From Thermoproteota archaeon (lineage in GTDB: Archaea > Thermoproteota > Thermoprotei > Gearchaeales > Gearchaeaceae): a stretch of DNA of 64,000 nt. Under the pieces are notes generated by a model. The model made no database searches and was not told the DNA's origin. It worked only from the letters and a program-made list of their open reading frames with translations. The stretch is taken from contig JBEPZU010000001.1 of the NCBI GenBank assembly GCA_041640715.1, forward strand, positions 132,816-196,815. The letters are read 5' to 3'. This document shows, piece by piece, positions 49,394 through 58,170 of this stretch (position 1 is the stretch's first letter; every line of letters starts with the position of its first letter). Position numbers and translations under genes: made by a program.

Positions 49394-49829
49394 TATTTCC
49401 GTTCCAGAATTGAATTCCGAGCGTTTAGAGTTCGAAGAGCTTAGAAAGAAACTGGTAGCTTACGTCACTACTAGGACTGGAGAGAAAAGGAAAGGGAAGG
49501 GTTTCAGTATAGGGGAATTAAAGGCTATTAACTTGCCCGTAAAGAAAGCTATAAAATTAGGAGTACCTGTGGATCTTAGAAGGAAAACGAATTATGAAGA
49601 AAACATAGCTACTCTTAAAAGCATTGATTGGAATAGATACAAAACTTTGGCTAAAAAATTCCTTAAAAAGAAAAAACAACGTTGGTTTGGTCATAAGCAT
49701 AGGAAAAGGGTATTCAGGGGATTGACTTCTGCTGGTAAGAAGATGAGGGGTTTAAGGAGCCAAAAGTTAAGACATACGCATAAACATAAATGGAAGAAAA
49801 AGCAAAAAGAAAGAGAGGAAGGAAAGTAA
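49386..49829 (+). CDS. rpl13e: 50S ribosomal protein eL13 fused to the C-terminal tail of eL15
   Basis: [13 protein letters not shown]...[16 protein letters not shown] (eL13), then [19 protein letters not shown]...[12 protein letters not shown] (eL15 tail). Confidence 0.88.
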   Translation: MIDISVPELNSERLEFEELRKKLVAYVTTRTGEKRKGKGFSIGELKAINLPVKKAIKLGVPVDLRRKTNYEENIATLKSIDWNRYKTLAKKFLKKKKQRWFGHKHRKRVFRGLTSAGKKMRGLRSQKLRHTHKHKWKKKQKEREEGK

Positions 49830-50039
49830 ATGGGAAAGATAAGCAAAGGAGTTAACTGCAGTGTAGTAGGATGTTCCAATAAAGCCGAGAAATCCCTGTC
49901 TTATGAAAGAGCTTCTTTAGCTAGCTCTTTTAGTTTTTCTTCAAAACTTAGGACGGTCTATCTATGTAAAGAACACTACAAGATTTGGAAGAAAGAGACA
50001 AAGGAAATCAGAGAACTAGAAAGAGCAAGTTGGAAATAG
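49830..50039 (+). CDS. Small basic Zn-finger-like protein (CxxxxC...CxxH)
   Basis: CSVVGC and YLCKEHY; tightly coupled to flanking genes. Confidence 0.75.
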   Translation: MGKISKGVNCSVVGCSNKAEKSLSYERASLASSFSFSSKLRTVYLCKEHYKIWKKETKEIRELERASWK

Positions 50040-51094
50040 TTGAATATTATGTAATCTTAATAGGAGACGATCCCTATTTAGCTGAAAGAGAAGTCATCTA
50101 TGCTCTAGAATCTGCAGGTTTTTATTACAATTTTCTAGGGAGGAATGGTTTAATTTTATTCATACGCAGCTTTGAAGGCATAGCTCCCTATCTTGCCTGG
50201 AGATGTGCTAAAGTTAGATATGTAGTAAGGCTTTTCTTCAAAGGTACCTTAGAAGAAATCAAAGAAATTGAGAAGTTAGATATTAAATTAGAAGGTAGCT
50301 TTGCTGTTAGGATTCATTCTTATGATAAAGATTTCAAGAAGATCACAAATGATTTGGAAAGGGAAATAGGCAGGATTTTTTACTTGAAGGGCAATAGAGT
50401 AGATCTCGAATCTCCTTCTGTATTAATATTAGGCTACATAAAAGACCGCATACTTTATCTAGGATTTCTTGAAGCTAAGAGCGATAGGAAAGCGCTTTTA
50501 TCTAGAAGACCTAGTAAGAGACCTGCTTTCCATCCTTCATCGATGATGCCAGAAAATTCTAGATTGATGGTCAACTTGGCAAAGTCACCTTTAAATGGGT
50601 TATTCGTGGATCCTTTTTGTGGTGTAGGCGGGATATTGATAGAAGCTGCCTTAATCTCAGAGCATTGCGTTGGAATAGATATAGATGCGAACATGATTAA
50701 GGGATGCAAGGAAAACGTTCGCTATTATCATCTTTATAATGTTGATTTGGTAAGAGGCGATGCCACAAAACTTCCTTTAAGGAGAGTTGAAAGCATAGCC
50801 TGTGATACTCCATATGGAATTGCTTCTTCTTTGAAAGGAAGGAGCCATGCTGATCTACTCAGAGAATTTCTAGAAGGAATTAAGAGCTATGGTAAGATGA
50901 GGATCTGCATTGCTACTGTTGAAGAAAAATTAGAGCCATTAGGATACAAGATAGTATTAAAACATCCTCAAAGGGTTAGGAAATCATTAATAAGGTGGCT
51001 TTATGTTTTAGAATTGGATGATGGAAGTAATACTCCTAGGAACAGCGGCGAGCAAGCCCACAAAGCAGAGAGGCCTTCCTTCTATAGCTATTAG
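50030..51094 (+). CDS. THUMP-domain tRNA m2G10 methyltransferase (Trm11-like)
   Basis: THUMP (SFAVR, EREIG, VDLESP), RPAFHPSSM, DPFCGVGG.LIEA, DTPYG; start set to TTG 50030. Confidence 0.87.
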   Translation: MEIVEYYVILIGDDPYLAEREVIYALESAGFYYNFLGRNGLILFIRSFEGIAPYLAWRCAKVRYVVRLFFKGTLEEIKEIEKLDIKLEGSFAVRIHSYDKDFKKITNDLEREIGRIFYLKGNRVDLESPSVLILGYIKDRILYLGFLEAKSDRKALLSRRPSKRPAFHPSSMMPENSRLMVNLAKSPLNGLFVDPFCGVGGILIEAALISEHCVGIDIDANMIKGCKENVRYYHLYNVDLVRGDATKLPLRRVESIACDTPYGIASSLKGRSHADLLREFLEGIKSYGKMRICIATVEEKLEPLGYKIVLKHPQRVRKSLIRWLYVLELDDGSNTPRNSGEQAHKAERPSFYSY

Positions 51095-51917
51095 AATAGA
51101 TGGTGACATATTTTTATTTGATTGTGGAGAAGGTACTCAAAGGCAATTATTGAATGCAGGTCTAAACCCCAATAAGATAAAGGCCATATTCATATCGCAT
51201 TTACATGGAGATCATTGGTTTGGCATCGCTGGACTGATATGGAGCATGGGCTTAGATTTAAGGAGAGAAGACTTACACGTTTATGCTCCTAAAAACTTCG
51301 AGGAAATATTCAATGTCTTGGATAAAGTCATAAATCCTTATCGTCTTTATAAGGTCGTCATCCACGAATTAAAGGAAGGGAAAATATATGATGATAAAAT
51401 AGAAGTTAGTGCTATCAGAGCTAAACATAGTGTGGAAAGTTATTCATTTAGGATAAAAGAAAAGGACAAGCCTCCTAGAATATTAAAGGAAAAGCTCAAA
51501 GAATTGGGTATACCTGAAGGTCCTCATTTGAGGAAACTCAAGAAGGGCTTATCCGTGAAGCTTAAAGATGGAAGGATTATATATCCTGAGCAAGTTTTGG
51601 GTGAGCCTGTTAAAGGAAAGGTGGTAGTCTATACAGGCGATACAGCTCCCAATGATGATTTGATAAGCTTTGCAAGCAATGCAGATTTGCTAATCCATGA
51701 AGCTACCTTCGGAGATGCAGAAGAAGCTCTCGCTAGAGAATCTAAGCATTCAACAGCTAGGGATGCTGCTAAGATAGCTAAGAAGGCTAACGTTAAAATG
51801 TTGTTGTTAACCCATATGAGCGCGAGATATACTAATCCAGATCAACTGATACTCGAAGCAAAGGAGGAATACGAGAACGTCATTGCAGCTCATGACTTCT
51901 TTCGTATTCAGCTTTGA
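51018..51917 (+). CDS. rnz: Ribonuclease Z
   Basis: LGTAAS.PT..R, FDCGEGTQRQ, SHLHGDH, exosite GIPEGP, YTGDT, HEATF, HST, THMSARY. Confidence 0.95.
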   Translation: MMEVILLGTAASKPTKQRGLPSIAIRIDGDIFLFDCGEGTQRQLLNAGLNPNKIKAIFISHLHGDHWFGIAGLIWSMGLDLRREDLHVYAPKNFEEIFNVLDKVINPYRLYKVVIHELKEGKIYDDKIEVSAIRAKHSVESYSFRIKEKDKPPRILKEKLKELGIPEGPHLRKLKKGLSVKLKDGRIIYPEQVLGEPVKGKVVVYTGDTAPNDDLISFASNADLLIHEATFGDAEEALARESKHSTARDAAKIAKKANVKMLLLTHMSARYTNPDQLILEAKEEYENVIAAHDFFRIQL

Positions 51918-52320
51918 ATTTCTTCACAATAGGCATAGGTGCAATATAATCTATTATCTTATCCAAATCCTTAGATTTTATCCTTATTTCTATGAATCCT
52001 AAAGGAGCTTCTCCTTCAACCGTTACGAAAGAAACCTTGTTCATATATGCTGCTTGTTTATTTAGCCTGAAGACCAAATTTTCATCTTCGATGCTTTTTT
52101 CGAGAATGCTTCTAACCGTTAGTTCTATTCTTTGTTTCTTTATCAACTTAGCGAGCTTGTTCAATGCGTTTAATGAATAGGCTTTTGCTATGTAAAATTT
52201 CAAGTCTTCTTCTTCAATTGTATTTAGAGTTTCGTAATCTAAGACATTATCCAAGGCAATCCTGACTTTATTTTCATCTTCTGTTGGTTTTATCTCTACT
52301 CTAGCTTCTATTTCTAGCAT
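51880..52320 (-). CDS. DUF54/UPF0201 RNA-binding protein
   Basis: PTEDENKV..AL.N, QRI, FRLNKQAAY, PLG.I. Confidence 0.85.
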   Translation of the reverse strand: MLEIEARVEIKPTEDENKVRIALDNVLDYETLNTIEEEDLKFYIAKAYSLNALNKLAKLIKKQRIELTVRSILEKSIEDENLVFRLNKQAAYMNKVSFVTVEGEAPLGFIEIRIKSKDLDKIIDYIAPMPIVKKFKAEYERSHELQ

Positions 52321-52828
52321 TTAATATCTTCTTAAGCACTTCTATAAAATTCTTCCTCAATTCTTCCTTACTTTCTTCATTGACTATCATGTAATCTGAA
52401 AGAGCTATTGTACTTCCCAATCCTAGTTTCAATTCCCTTTCATCTCTCTCTTTGAATTCCTCATAATTTTTAGGGTCATCCTTCCTTTTCCTATCCAATG
52501 CCCTCTTGAATCTTGTAGCAGGCGATGCGTGTATAGCTATTAAATATACCTCTCCTATTTTTTTGAGGTATTCAATTTCTTCGATATTCCTTATTCCTTC
52601 TATTACTGCATCTTTGTTCAATTTCTTTAATTCTTCTCCGCATATTCTTGCTATGTAATCCCTTCCATATTTTTCCCTTATCTCGAAGATTAGCTTTGAA
52701 GCATCTCCTTCTTCTATCTCTCTTATCTTATCGCCCATGCTTATTACAGGTAGACCTAGTTCCTTAGCAAAGCTTGCAGCCAAGGTCTTACCAGCCAAAG
52801 GCATGCCAGTTATACAGATTATTTTCAT
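52301..52828 (-). CDS. UPF0200 P-loop nucleoside/dephospho-CoA kinase-like protein
   Basis: ITGMPLAGKT, SMGD, EGIR, HASP..RF.R, RDEREL.LG. Confidence 0.85.
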   Translation of the reverse strand: MKIICITGMPLAGKTLAASFAKELGLPVISMGDKIREIEEGDASKLIFEIREKYGRDYIARICGEELKKLNKDAVIEGIRNIEEIEYLKKIGEVYLIAIHASPATRFKRALDRKRKDDPKNYEEFKERDERELKLGLGSTIALSDYMIVNEESKEELRKNFIEVLKKILNARNRS

Positions 52829-52902
52829 CCTATTTTTCCCTTAGTTCTCTTCTATTAAAATTTTTCAATTTAAATCATCGTAAGAATAATAAATTTAGTT
52901 AG

Positions 52903-53448
52903 ATGCGCTCTTTCATAGCTTTGGATATAAACGATGAAGAAGTTATCAATAGACTTGCTAGGGTTGCTTTAATGCTCAATTTAAGAGGTGTCAAACCTGT
53001 TGAAAGAGAAAATCTGCACATAACGATCAGATTCTTAGGAGAGATATCTGAACCTATGGTCCAAGAAGTCATATCAGCTTTGAGGAAAGTTAGGTACAAA
53101 CAAATATTCATTAGAATATCAAGTTTAGGAGCATTTCCCAGCCTGAAGAGACCTCGAGTTATATGGGCTGGTATTAAAGAGGGGTTTTCTGAATTGATAG
53201 AATTACATGAATTGATAGAGTATGAGCTTAAAAACATAAGATTAAGGCTTGAAAGAGAAGATTTCCATCCTCACGTTACGCTAGCGAGGATAAAAGAAAA
53301 TTCGAGCATCAACGAAGTCATCAAGATTTTAGAAAGCAATCTCGAATTAGAATTCGGTTCTTTCATTGCTAAGGATTTCTCATTGAAGCAAAGCATCCTA
53401 ACTCCTAGAGGTCCCATATATAGAGACATAGAAAGATTTTCGTTATGA
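52903..53448 (+). CDS. thpR: RNA 2',3'-cyclic phosphodiesterase (2H family)
   Basis: MRSFIA, HIT and HVT 2H motifs, GAFP..RPRVIWAG, S.LTPRGPIY. Confidence 0.93.
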   Translation: MRSFIALDINDEEVINRLARVALMLNLRGVKPVERENLHITIRFLGEISEPMVQEVISALRKVRYKQIFIRISSLGAFPSLKRPRVIWAGIKEGFSELIELHELIEYELKNIRLRLEREDFHPHVTLARIKENSSINEVIKILESNLELEFGSFIAKDFSLKQSILTPRGPIYRDIERFSL

Positions 53449-54794
53449 AGGCAGAAGAAGTATTAGACAAGGTTAAGGATAAACTTGAAATAAGTGAAGA
53501 AGAAAGAGCGAAGATAAACGAATTGGTCAAAGAAATATTGGAAGTATTAGAAAACAAAAGGAAAGAGCTAGGTATAGAAGCTTTGATAGAAGTACAAGGT
53601 TCATTTGCCCATGATACTTGGCTCAAAGAAGACAAGGATATAGATATTTTCATACTCGGAAGAAGCGATAACATAATAGAAGATGCTCTTAAGCTAGCTA
53701 AATATTCCTTCCCAAATCACATAGAAAGATATGCAGAACATCCTTTCATAACAGTTCCTTATAAGGGGTATAATTTCGACATAGTACCAGCGTATTTAAT
53801 AGAGAAAGGAGAGAAGATAAGGACTGCGGCAGATAGAACTAGACTTCATACTAGTTATTTGTTGGAAGTGCTGAATGATAAGTTAAGGAAGGAAATAAGA
53901 TTGCTCAAGTTATTTCTTAAGACTCTAGATCTTTATGGAGCTGAAATAAAAGTAGGAGGCCTATCAGGATATCTCTGTGAACTTCTAATAATTCATTATG
54001 GTTCCTTTATGAATTTGGTACGTTCCTCTTTGGAATGGAAGCCTTATAAAGTAATCATAGGAGATTGGAAAGGAAGACCGGAACCTATAGTAGTCGTTGA
54101 TCCAGTAGATCCTAATAGAAACGTAGCTTCTTCTTTCAAGAAATTCGACTTGTTCAAGTTTGGTTGTTTGTTGTTTTTAGAAAATCCTTCTACGATATTT
54201 TTCGAAGGAAGGAAGTATTGCTCAGACTTAGATCTAGCCTTAGAAATTTTCGAAGGAAGGGCTTCTGAAGCTTTGGTTGTTGAATTTGAATACCCTAAAA
54301 TAGCTCCAGACCAATTCTGGGGAGAAATCCAGCGAGCTCAAAGAAGCTTGACTAACTTTTTAATAATCAATGGTTTCGAAATATTAGATTCATTGACATA
54401 TTCTGATGAAAAAGAAAAAGCTGCCATCTTAATTGAAGTTAAGAGTAAAGAGCTCTCAAAATTCAAAATACATGAAGGACCTCTTTTATTTTTGCTCTCT
54501 CATGCGAGAGCTTTCATAAGAAAACATAGGAATGAACCTATAAGCTTGAAGGATGGGAGGTTGTTCGCTACTACTAAAAGGAAGATAACCAGCATTGATA
54601 GCGCTATAAAGAAATGGGCTTTGACACAATCTTTACCTAAGGATTTGATAAAATCTTTAAAGAACGCTAAAATATACTCAGCTGAAGAGGCTCAAGACCT
54701 AGGAATAAAGAGGAGAATTTTGGATTTAGCCTTGAAAGATCTTTGGTGGGTAAGGGAAGATTTGATAAAGAGCTTAAACATAAAGCTTGAGTAG
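53445..54794 (+). CDS. cca: CCA-adding enzyme, class I
   Basis: GSFAHDTWL..D.DIDIF, YAEHPF, DIVPAY, AADRT..H, YGAE, SGYLCELL, DPVDPNRNVA. Confidence 0.95.
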   Translation: MKAEEVLDKVKDKLEISEEERAKINELVKEILEVLENKRKELGIEALIEVQGSFAHDTWLKEDKDIDIFILGRSDNIIEDALKLAKYSFPNHIERYAEHPFITVPYKGYNFDIVPAYLIEKGEKIRTAADRTRLHTSYLLEVLNDKLRKEIRLLKLFLKTLDLYGAEIKVGGLSGYLCELLIIHYGSFMNLVRSSLEWKPYKVIIGDWKGRPEPIVVVDPVDPNRNVASSFKKFDLFKFGCLLFLENPSTIFFEGRKYCSDLDLALEIFEGRASEALVVEFEYPKIAPDQFWGEIQRAQRSLTNFLIINGFEILDSLTYSDEKEKAAILIEVKSKELSKFKIHEGPLLFLLSHARAFIRKHRNEPISLKDGRLFATTKRKITSIDSAIKKWALTQSLPKDLIKSLKNAKIYSAEEAQDLGIKRRILDLALKDLWWVREDLIKSLNIKLE

Positions 54795-55492
54795 TGTGGT
54801 TTGAAGAAATCCTATGTTATCCTTTATTTAGCAAGGAAGAATTTGAAAATAGGCTTAAAGAGCTAAAGGAAATTGGGATAGAAGATTTAATCGAAGGAGG
54901 AAATACAACAGTACTAGGGAGGAGAATAATAGGCAAGGGGACTACAAGCTTAGTAGTTAAGGCTTTATATAAAGGAAAATTGGTGGCTCTAAAGATAAGG
55001 CGTTTAGATTCCAATAGAGAATCTATGGAAAAGGAAGCTAATATACTGCAAGTCTTATCGAACCAAGATTTCGTCCCTAAGCTTTTTTCTTTTTCGAAGA
55101 ACTTCCTAATTTTGGAATACTTAGAAGGAACAGACATAGATGTTTTCTTGGAAAAGGCCGAAGAGGAAGAAATAAAAAGCGTAGTAAAGCAGATCATCTC
55201 TATTTGTATAAAGCTAGATGAGCTTGGAATAGATCACGGAGAACTCTCCAACGCTTCAGATCATGTATTAGTTGATAAAAATCTAAAAGTTAAGATAATA
55301 GATTTCGAATCAGCAAGCCTTAATAGGAAGCCTCAAAATATCACTTCGATTCTTTCATATCTATTTATATCTAATAAGCCTTTTTCAGAGAAGGTTTTAA
55401 AAGCTTTTGGACTTAAAAGAGAAGATGTGATTAATGCTTCAAGGGATTATAAAAAAGGCATTAAAGATTCTCTCAATATTTTCTTCAAGTGA
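54794..55492 (+). CDS. Atypical Ser/Thr protein kinase (RIO/Bud32-like) linked to cca
   Basis: IGKGTTSLV, ALKIRR.DS.R, DHGELS, IIDFESAS; GTG start. Confidence 0.85.
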   Translation: MWFEEILCYPLFSKEEFENRLKELKEIGIEDLIEGGNTTVLGRRIIGKGTTSLVVKALYKGKLVALKIRRLDSNRESMEKEANILQVLSNQDFVPKLFSFSKNFLILEYLEGTDIDVFLEKAEEEEIKSVVKQIISICIKLDELGIDHGELSNASDHVLVDKNLKVKIIDFESASLNRKPQNITSILSYLFISNKPFSEKVLKAFGLKREDVINASRDYKKGIKDSLNIFFK

Positions 55493-56534
55493 TCATTTCT
55501 ATTATTTCATTATAGAGCTGTATAGCTTCTTCATTATTACTAACATTTTTTATAAGCATTCTTCCGTTTTTAAATAGACTTATTTCTTTATCTTTATAAA
55601 CAAATCCTAGCATGATTGGGCTTTTTATTTTTATTTGAATTTTTTCTGATATTTCATCTTTGATATTATTAAGATTTAAATCAATTTTTCTACGAGGATT
55701 TACGTTGACCAAGTTTTTACCACAACTCCATATCAATCCTATATCTGCTGGTTTGTAAGCGAACTTACCAGAACACACTGGGCAATCTTCTCTTCTCCTA
55801 ACTTCGATTATGTCAAAGATAAGGCTTTTAACATCTACGAGCATCATTTTAGAGAACAAGGAAGGTTTAATTCCTAGTAAATATTTTAAAGCTTCATTTG
55901 CTTCTATAGAAGCGATGATGTTCACAGCTGTATTCAAAACACCTGCAGTTTCGCAAGTTTCAAGTCCTTCATCTTGCAAGTCTCCTATGATGCATCTTAA
56001 ACAAGGAGTTTCTCTGGGTTTAAAGAAAGAAACAGATCCTTCATATCTCAATACGGATCCGAATACATAGGGTATCCCTTTCTCTACGGCATAGCTGTTT
56101 ATTATGTCTCTAGTAGCTAAGTTGTCTAGACCATCTAGTATGATATCCACGTCTTGAAGGTATTCTCTGTAGTTCGATAAATTCAAATTCTCTGCATAAG
56201 CTTCTATCTCAACGTTAGGGTTTATTTTCTTTAATCTTTCTGCCGCAACCTCAACTTTAGGTTTACCTATATCCTCTGTGGTAAACAGAGGTTGTCTAGC
56301 AAGGTTGCTCAGTTCTATTATATCTTGGTCTATCAATCTCAAGTAGCCACATCCGTTTGAGGCTAATAAATATGCGATCACGTTACCCAAACCTCCTAAG
56401 CCTATGATAGCAACTCTTTTATCTCTAAGTTTACTCAACCCCTCTTTTCCTATTCCTTTTAATACAAGAATCCTAGAATAGTATTCCATTTCCTTAAAAT
56501 CCTTCAACATTCTTTTATACACTTTTCTTCTCAA
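55485..56534 (-). CDS. ThiF/MoeB/E1-like adenylyltransferase
   Basis: YSR, IGLGGLG, DQD.IE.SNL.RQ, DGLDN, PCLRC, TCETAG, CPVC; C-terminal CG...LFKNGRMLI domain; start may lie slightly downstream. Confidence 0.9.
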   Translation of the reverse strand: MRRKVYKRMLKDFKEMEYYSRILVLKGIGKEGLSKLRDKRVAIIGLGGLGNVIAYLLASNGCGYLRLIDQDIIELSNLARQPLFTTEDIGKPKVEVAAERLKKINPNVEIEAYAENLNLSNYREYLQDVDIILDGLDNLATRDIINSYAVEKGIPYVFGSVLRYEGSVSFFKPRETPCLRCIIGDLQDEGLETCETAGVLNTAVNIIASIEANEALKYLLGIKPSLFSKMMLVDVKSLIFDIIEVRRREDCPVCSGKFAYKPADIGLIWSCGKNLVNVNPRRKIDLNLNNIKDEISEKIQIKIKSPIMLGFVYKDKEISLFKNGRMLIKNVSNNEEAIQLYNEIIEMIT

Positions 56535-57285
56535 TTCTTTTACCTATGTAAATTGTGATTTCGTATAAAAGATAAACTGGAAAGAGTAAGGGTAATAAAC
56601 TTAAAAAAGTTGGGTCTGGGCTAATTAGACCTGCGATAAACGCTATTATCAAATATATTAGAATTCTATACTTAGACAAAACCCTCGTGCTTATTACTCC
56701 TATTTCTATCAATGGCAATAATATAGAAGGTGTAGCAAAAAGTAAACCTCCTAATATAGTTAATATTACCACGGTGTTTATGAAATCGTTCAAATTTATG
56801 AGGGGCGCTAATCCTAGAGGTTCATAAAATAAAGTTAATGCTCTGAAAGTCAAAGGTAATACTAATACAAGCGTGAAGATCAAGCCTATTAGATATAGCA
56901 ATGCAAAGGGTAGCAAATATTTCTTTAACACCTTTTTTTCTCTTTTGTAAAGCGCAGGAGAAATGAAAGCATATAATTCGTAGAATGCGAAAGGTATAGT
57001 TATTGCTAAAGCTAAAAGCAATGCTAGTTGTATCATTACAAACAAAGGAGAAGTGGGAGATGGAACGAATAGCTTGAATTCTGCAGGCAAATAAGCTTTG
57101 ACCATCGTTCTAATAAGCCAAAATATGAAAAGATCGTAAAACAAGGGATTGTTGCTACGTTGGTCATTAAAGAATTCCGCGCTAGGGATTACCAAAAATA
57201 TGAGGAGGGCAATTATGAAAACTATTATTACTTTCCTAATTCTGATAATTAATTCGTTGATGTAATCCAAAAAATCTTTATACAT
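56515..57285 (-). CDS. tatC: Twin-arginine translocase subunit TatC
   Basis: EL..RI, YELYAFISPALYKREK, six TM helices, ISPDPT, LLYE. Confidence 0.92.
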   Translation of the reverse strand: MYKDFLDYINELIIRIRKVIIVFIIALLIFLVIPSAEFFNDQRSNNPLFYDLFIFWLIRTMVKAYLPAEFKLFVPSPTSPLFVMIQLALLLALAITIPFAFYELYAFISPALYKREKKVLKKYLLPFALLYLIGLIFTLVLVLPLTFRALTLFYEPLGLAPLINLNDFINTVVILTILGGLLFATPSILLPLIEIGVISTRVLSKYRILIYLIIAFIAGLISPDPTFLSLLPLLFPVYLLYEITIYIGKRIEKKSV

Positions 57286-57317
57286 AAAACTTATTAGTTT
57301 TTGCTGAATTAATTTTT

Positions 57318-57692
57318 GTGAATATGATATATAATGCTTGGGGGCCTATAGAGTGGATTTTATTGATTTTCATATTATTGATATTATTTGGTTCGAAGAG
57401 AATACCTGAGATAGCGAGGAGCTTGGGCGAAGCTGTAAAAGAGTTCAGAAGATCCATGAGCGAAACTGAACAAGTTAGAAAGGCGATAACCGAATCTGAA
57501 CGTGCTACGAATCCTCAGTTAGAAGCTCAAAGAGAATTTGCAACTTCTCAAAGAACTCAAGTTGGAGTATATCAAGAAGATCCTTTGATCGAGCTTGCTA
57601 GGAATAAAGGTATAAGGGTAGAAGGTAAGACTAGGGTTCAAATAGTAGAAGAATTGGCTAAGAAAATAAAGGAAGAAGAATCTACTTCTTAA
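57318..57692 (+). CDS. tatA: Twin-arginine translocase subunit TatA
   Basis: TM helix then LFGSKRIPEIARSLGEAVKEFRR; divergent from tatC. Confidence 0.92.
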   Translation: MNMIYNAWGPIEWILLIFILLILFGSKRIPEIARSLGEAVKEFRRSMSETEQVRKAITESERATNPQLEAQREFATSQRTQVGVYQEDPLIELARNKGIRVEGKTRVQIVEELAKKIKEEESTS

Positions 57693-58101
57693 ATTTACTT
57701 ATAAGTTCTACCAATAACTTTTCTATTGCGATTATTCTTTCTTGGATTTCTCGCATATTTTGATCAGTTTTACTAACCTTAGCGCTGATATCTTTTATAA
57801 TCCCATAGTTAACGATGATCTCGTCACTCATCCTCTTGAGATCGTTTATCAATTCCAATGTATGCCTTTCCATGTCCTTTCTAAACGAGTCTTGTATGGT
57901 GTAATATAAGAAATAGAAAGCCCCTATTAGAGCTAATACTACGCTTAAGAAAACGTTAATACCTCCCACTTTATTCGTGATTTCGTCTAGTGAATAAGGG
58001 TTTAATCCTAAAACGAATGATGATATGAACATAGTTACCATGAAGATGAATATCGCGACCAAAGTAGTAAGTATAGCTCTTATCAAGGTATATAAGTTCA
58101 T
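57682..58101 (-). CDS. Hypothetical membrane protein (2 TM helices plus coiled coil)
   Basis: Two hydrophobic helices followed by a heptad-like charged tail. Confidence 0.6.
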   Translation of the reverse strand: MNLYTLIRAILTTLVAIFIFMVTMFISSFVLGLNPYSLDEITNKVGGINVFLSVVLALIGAFYFLYYTIQDSFRKDMERHTLELINDLKRMSDEIIVNYGIIKDISAKVSKTDQNMREIQERIIAIEKLLVELISKFKK

Positions 58102-58170
58102 AACTTAGGAATGGTTATTCAATATATAAATTTGAAAATTTTGATATATTAATTCTCCTAAATTAATGAT

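Noticed and set aside
48947-49829. Simple frameshift or sequencing error as the cause of the short eL15
   Set aside because: About 290 nt containing a complete eL13 coding region separate the two eL15 parts, which a single indel cannot explain
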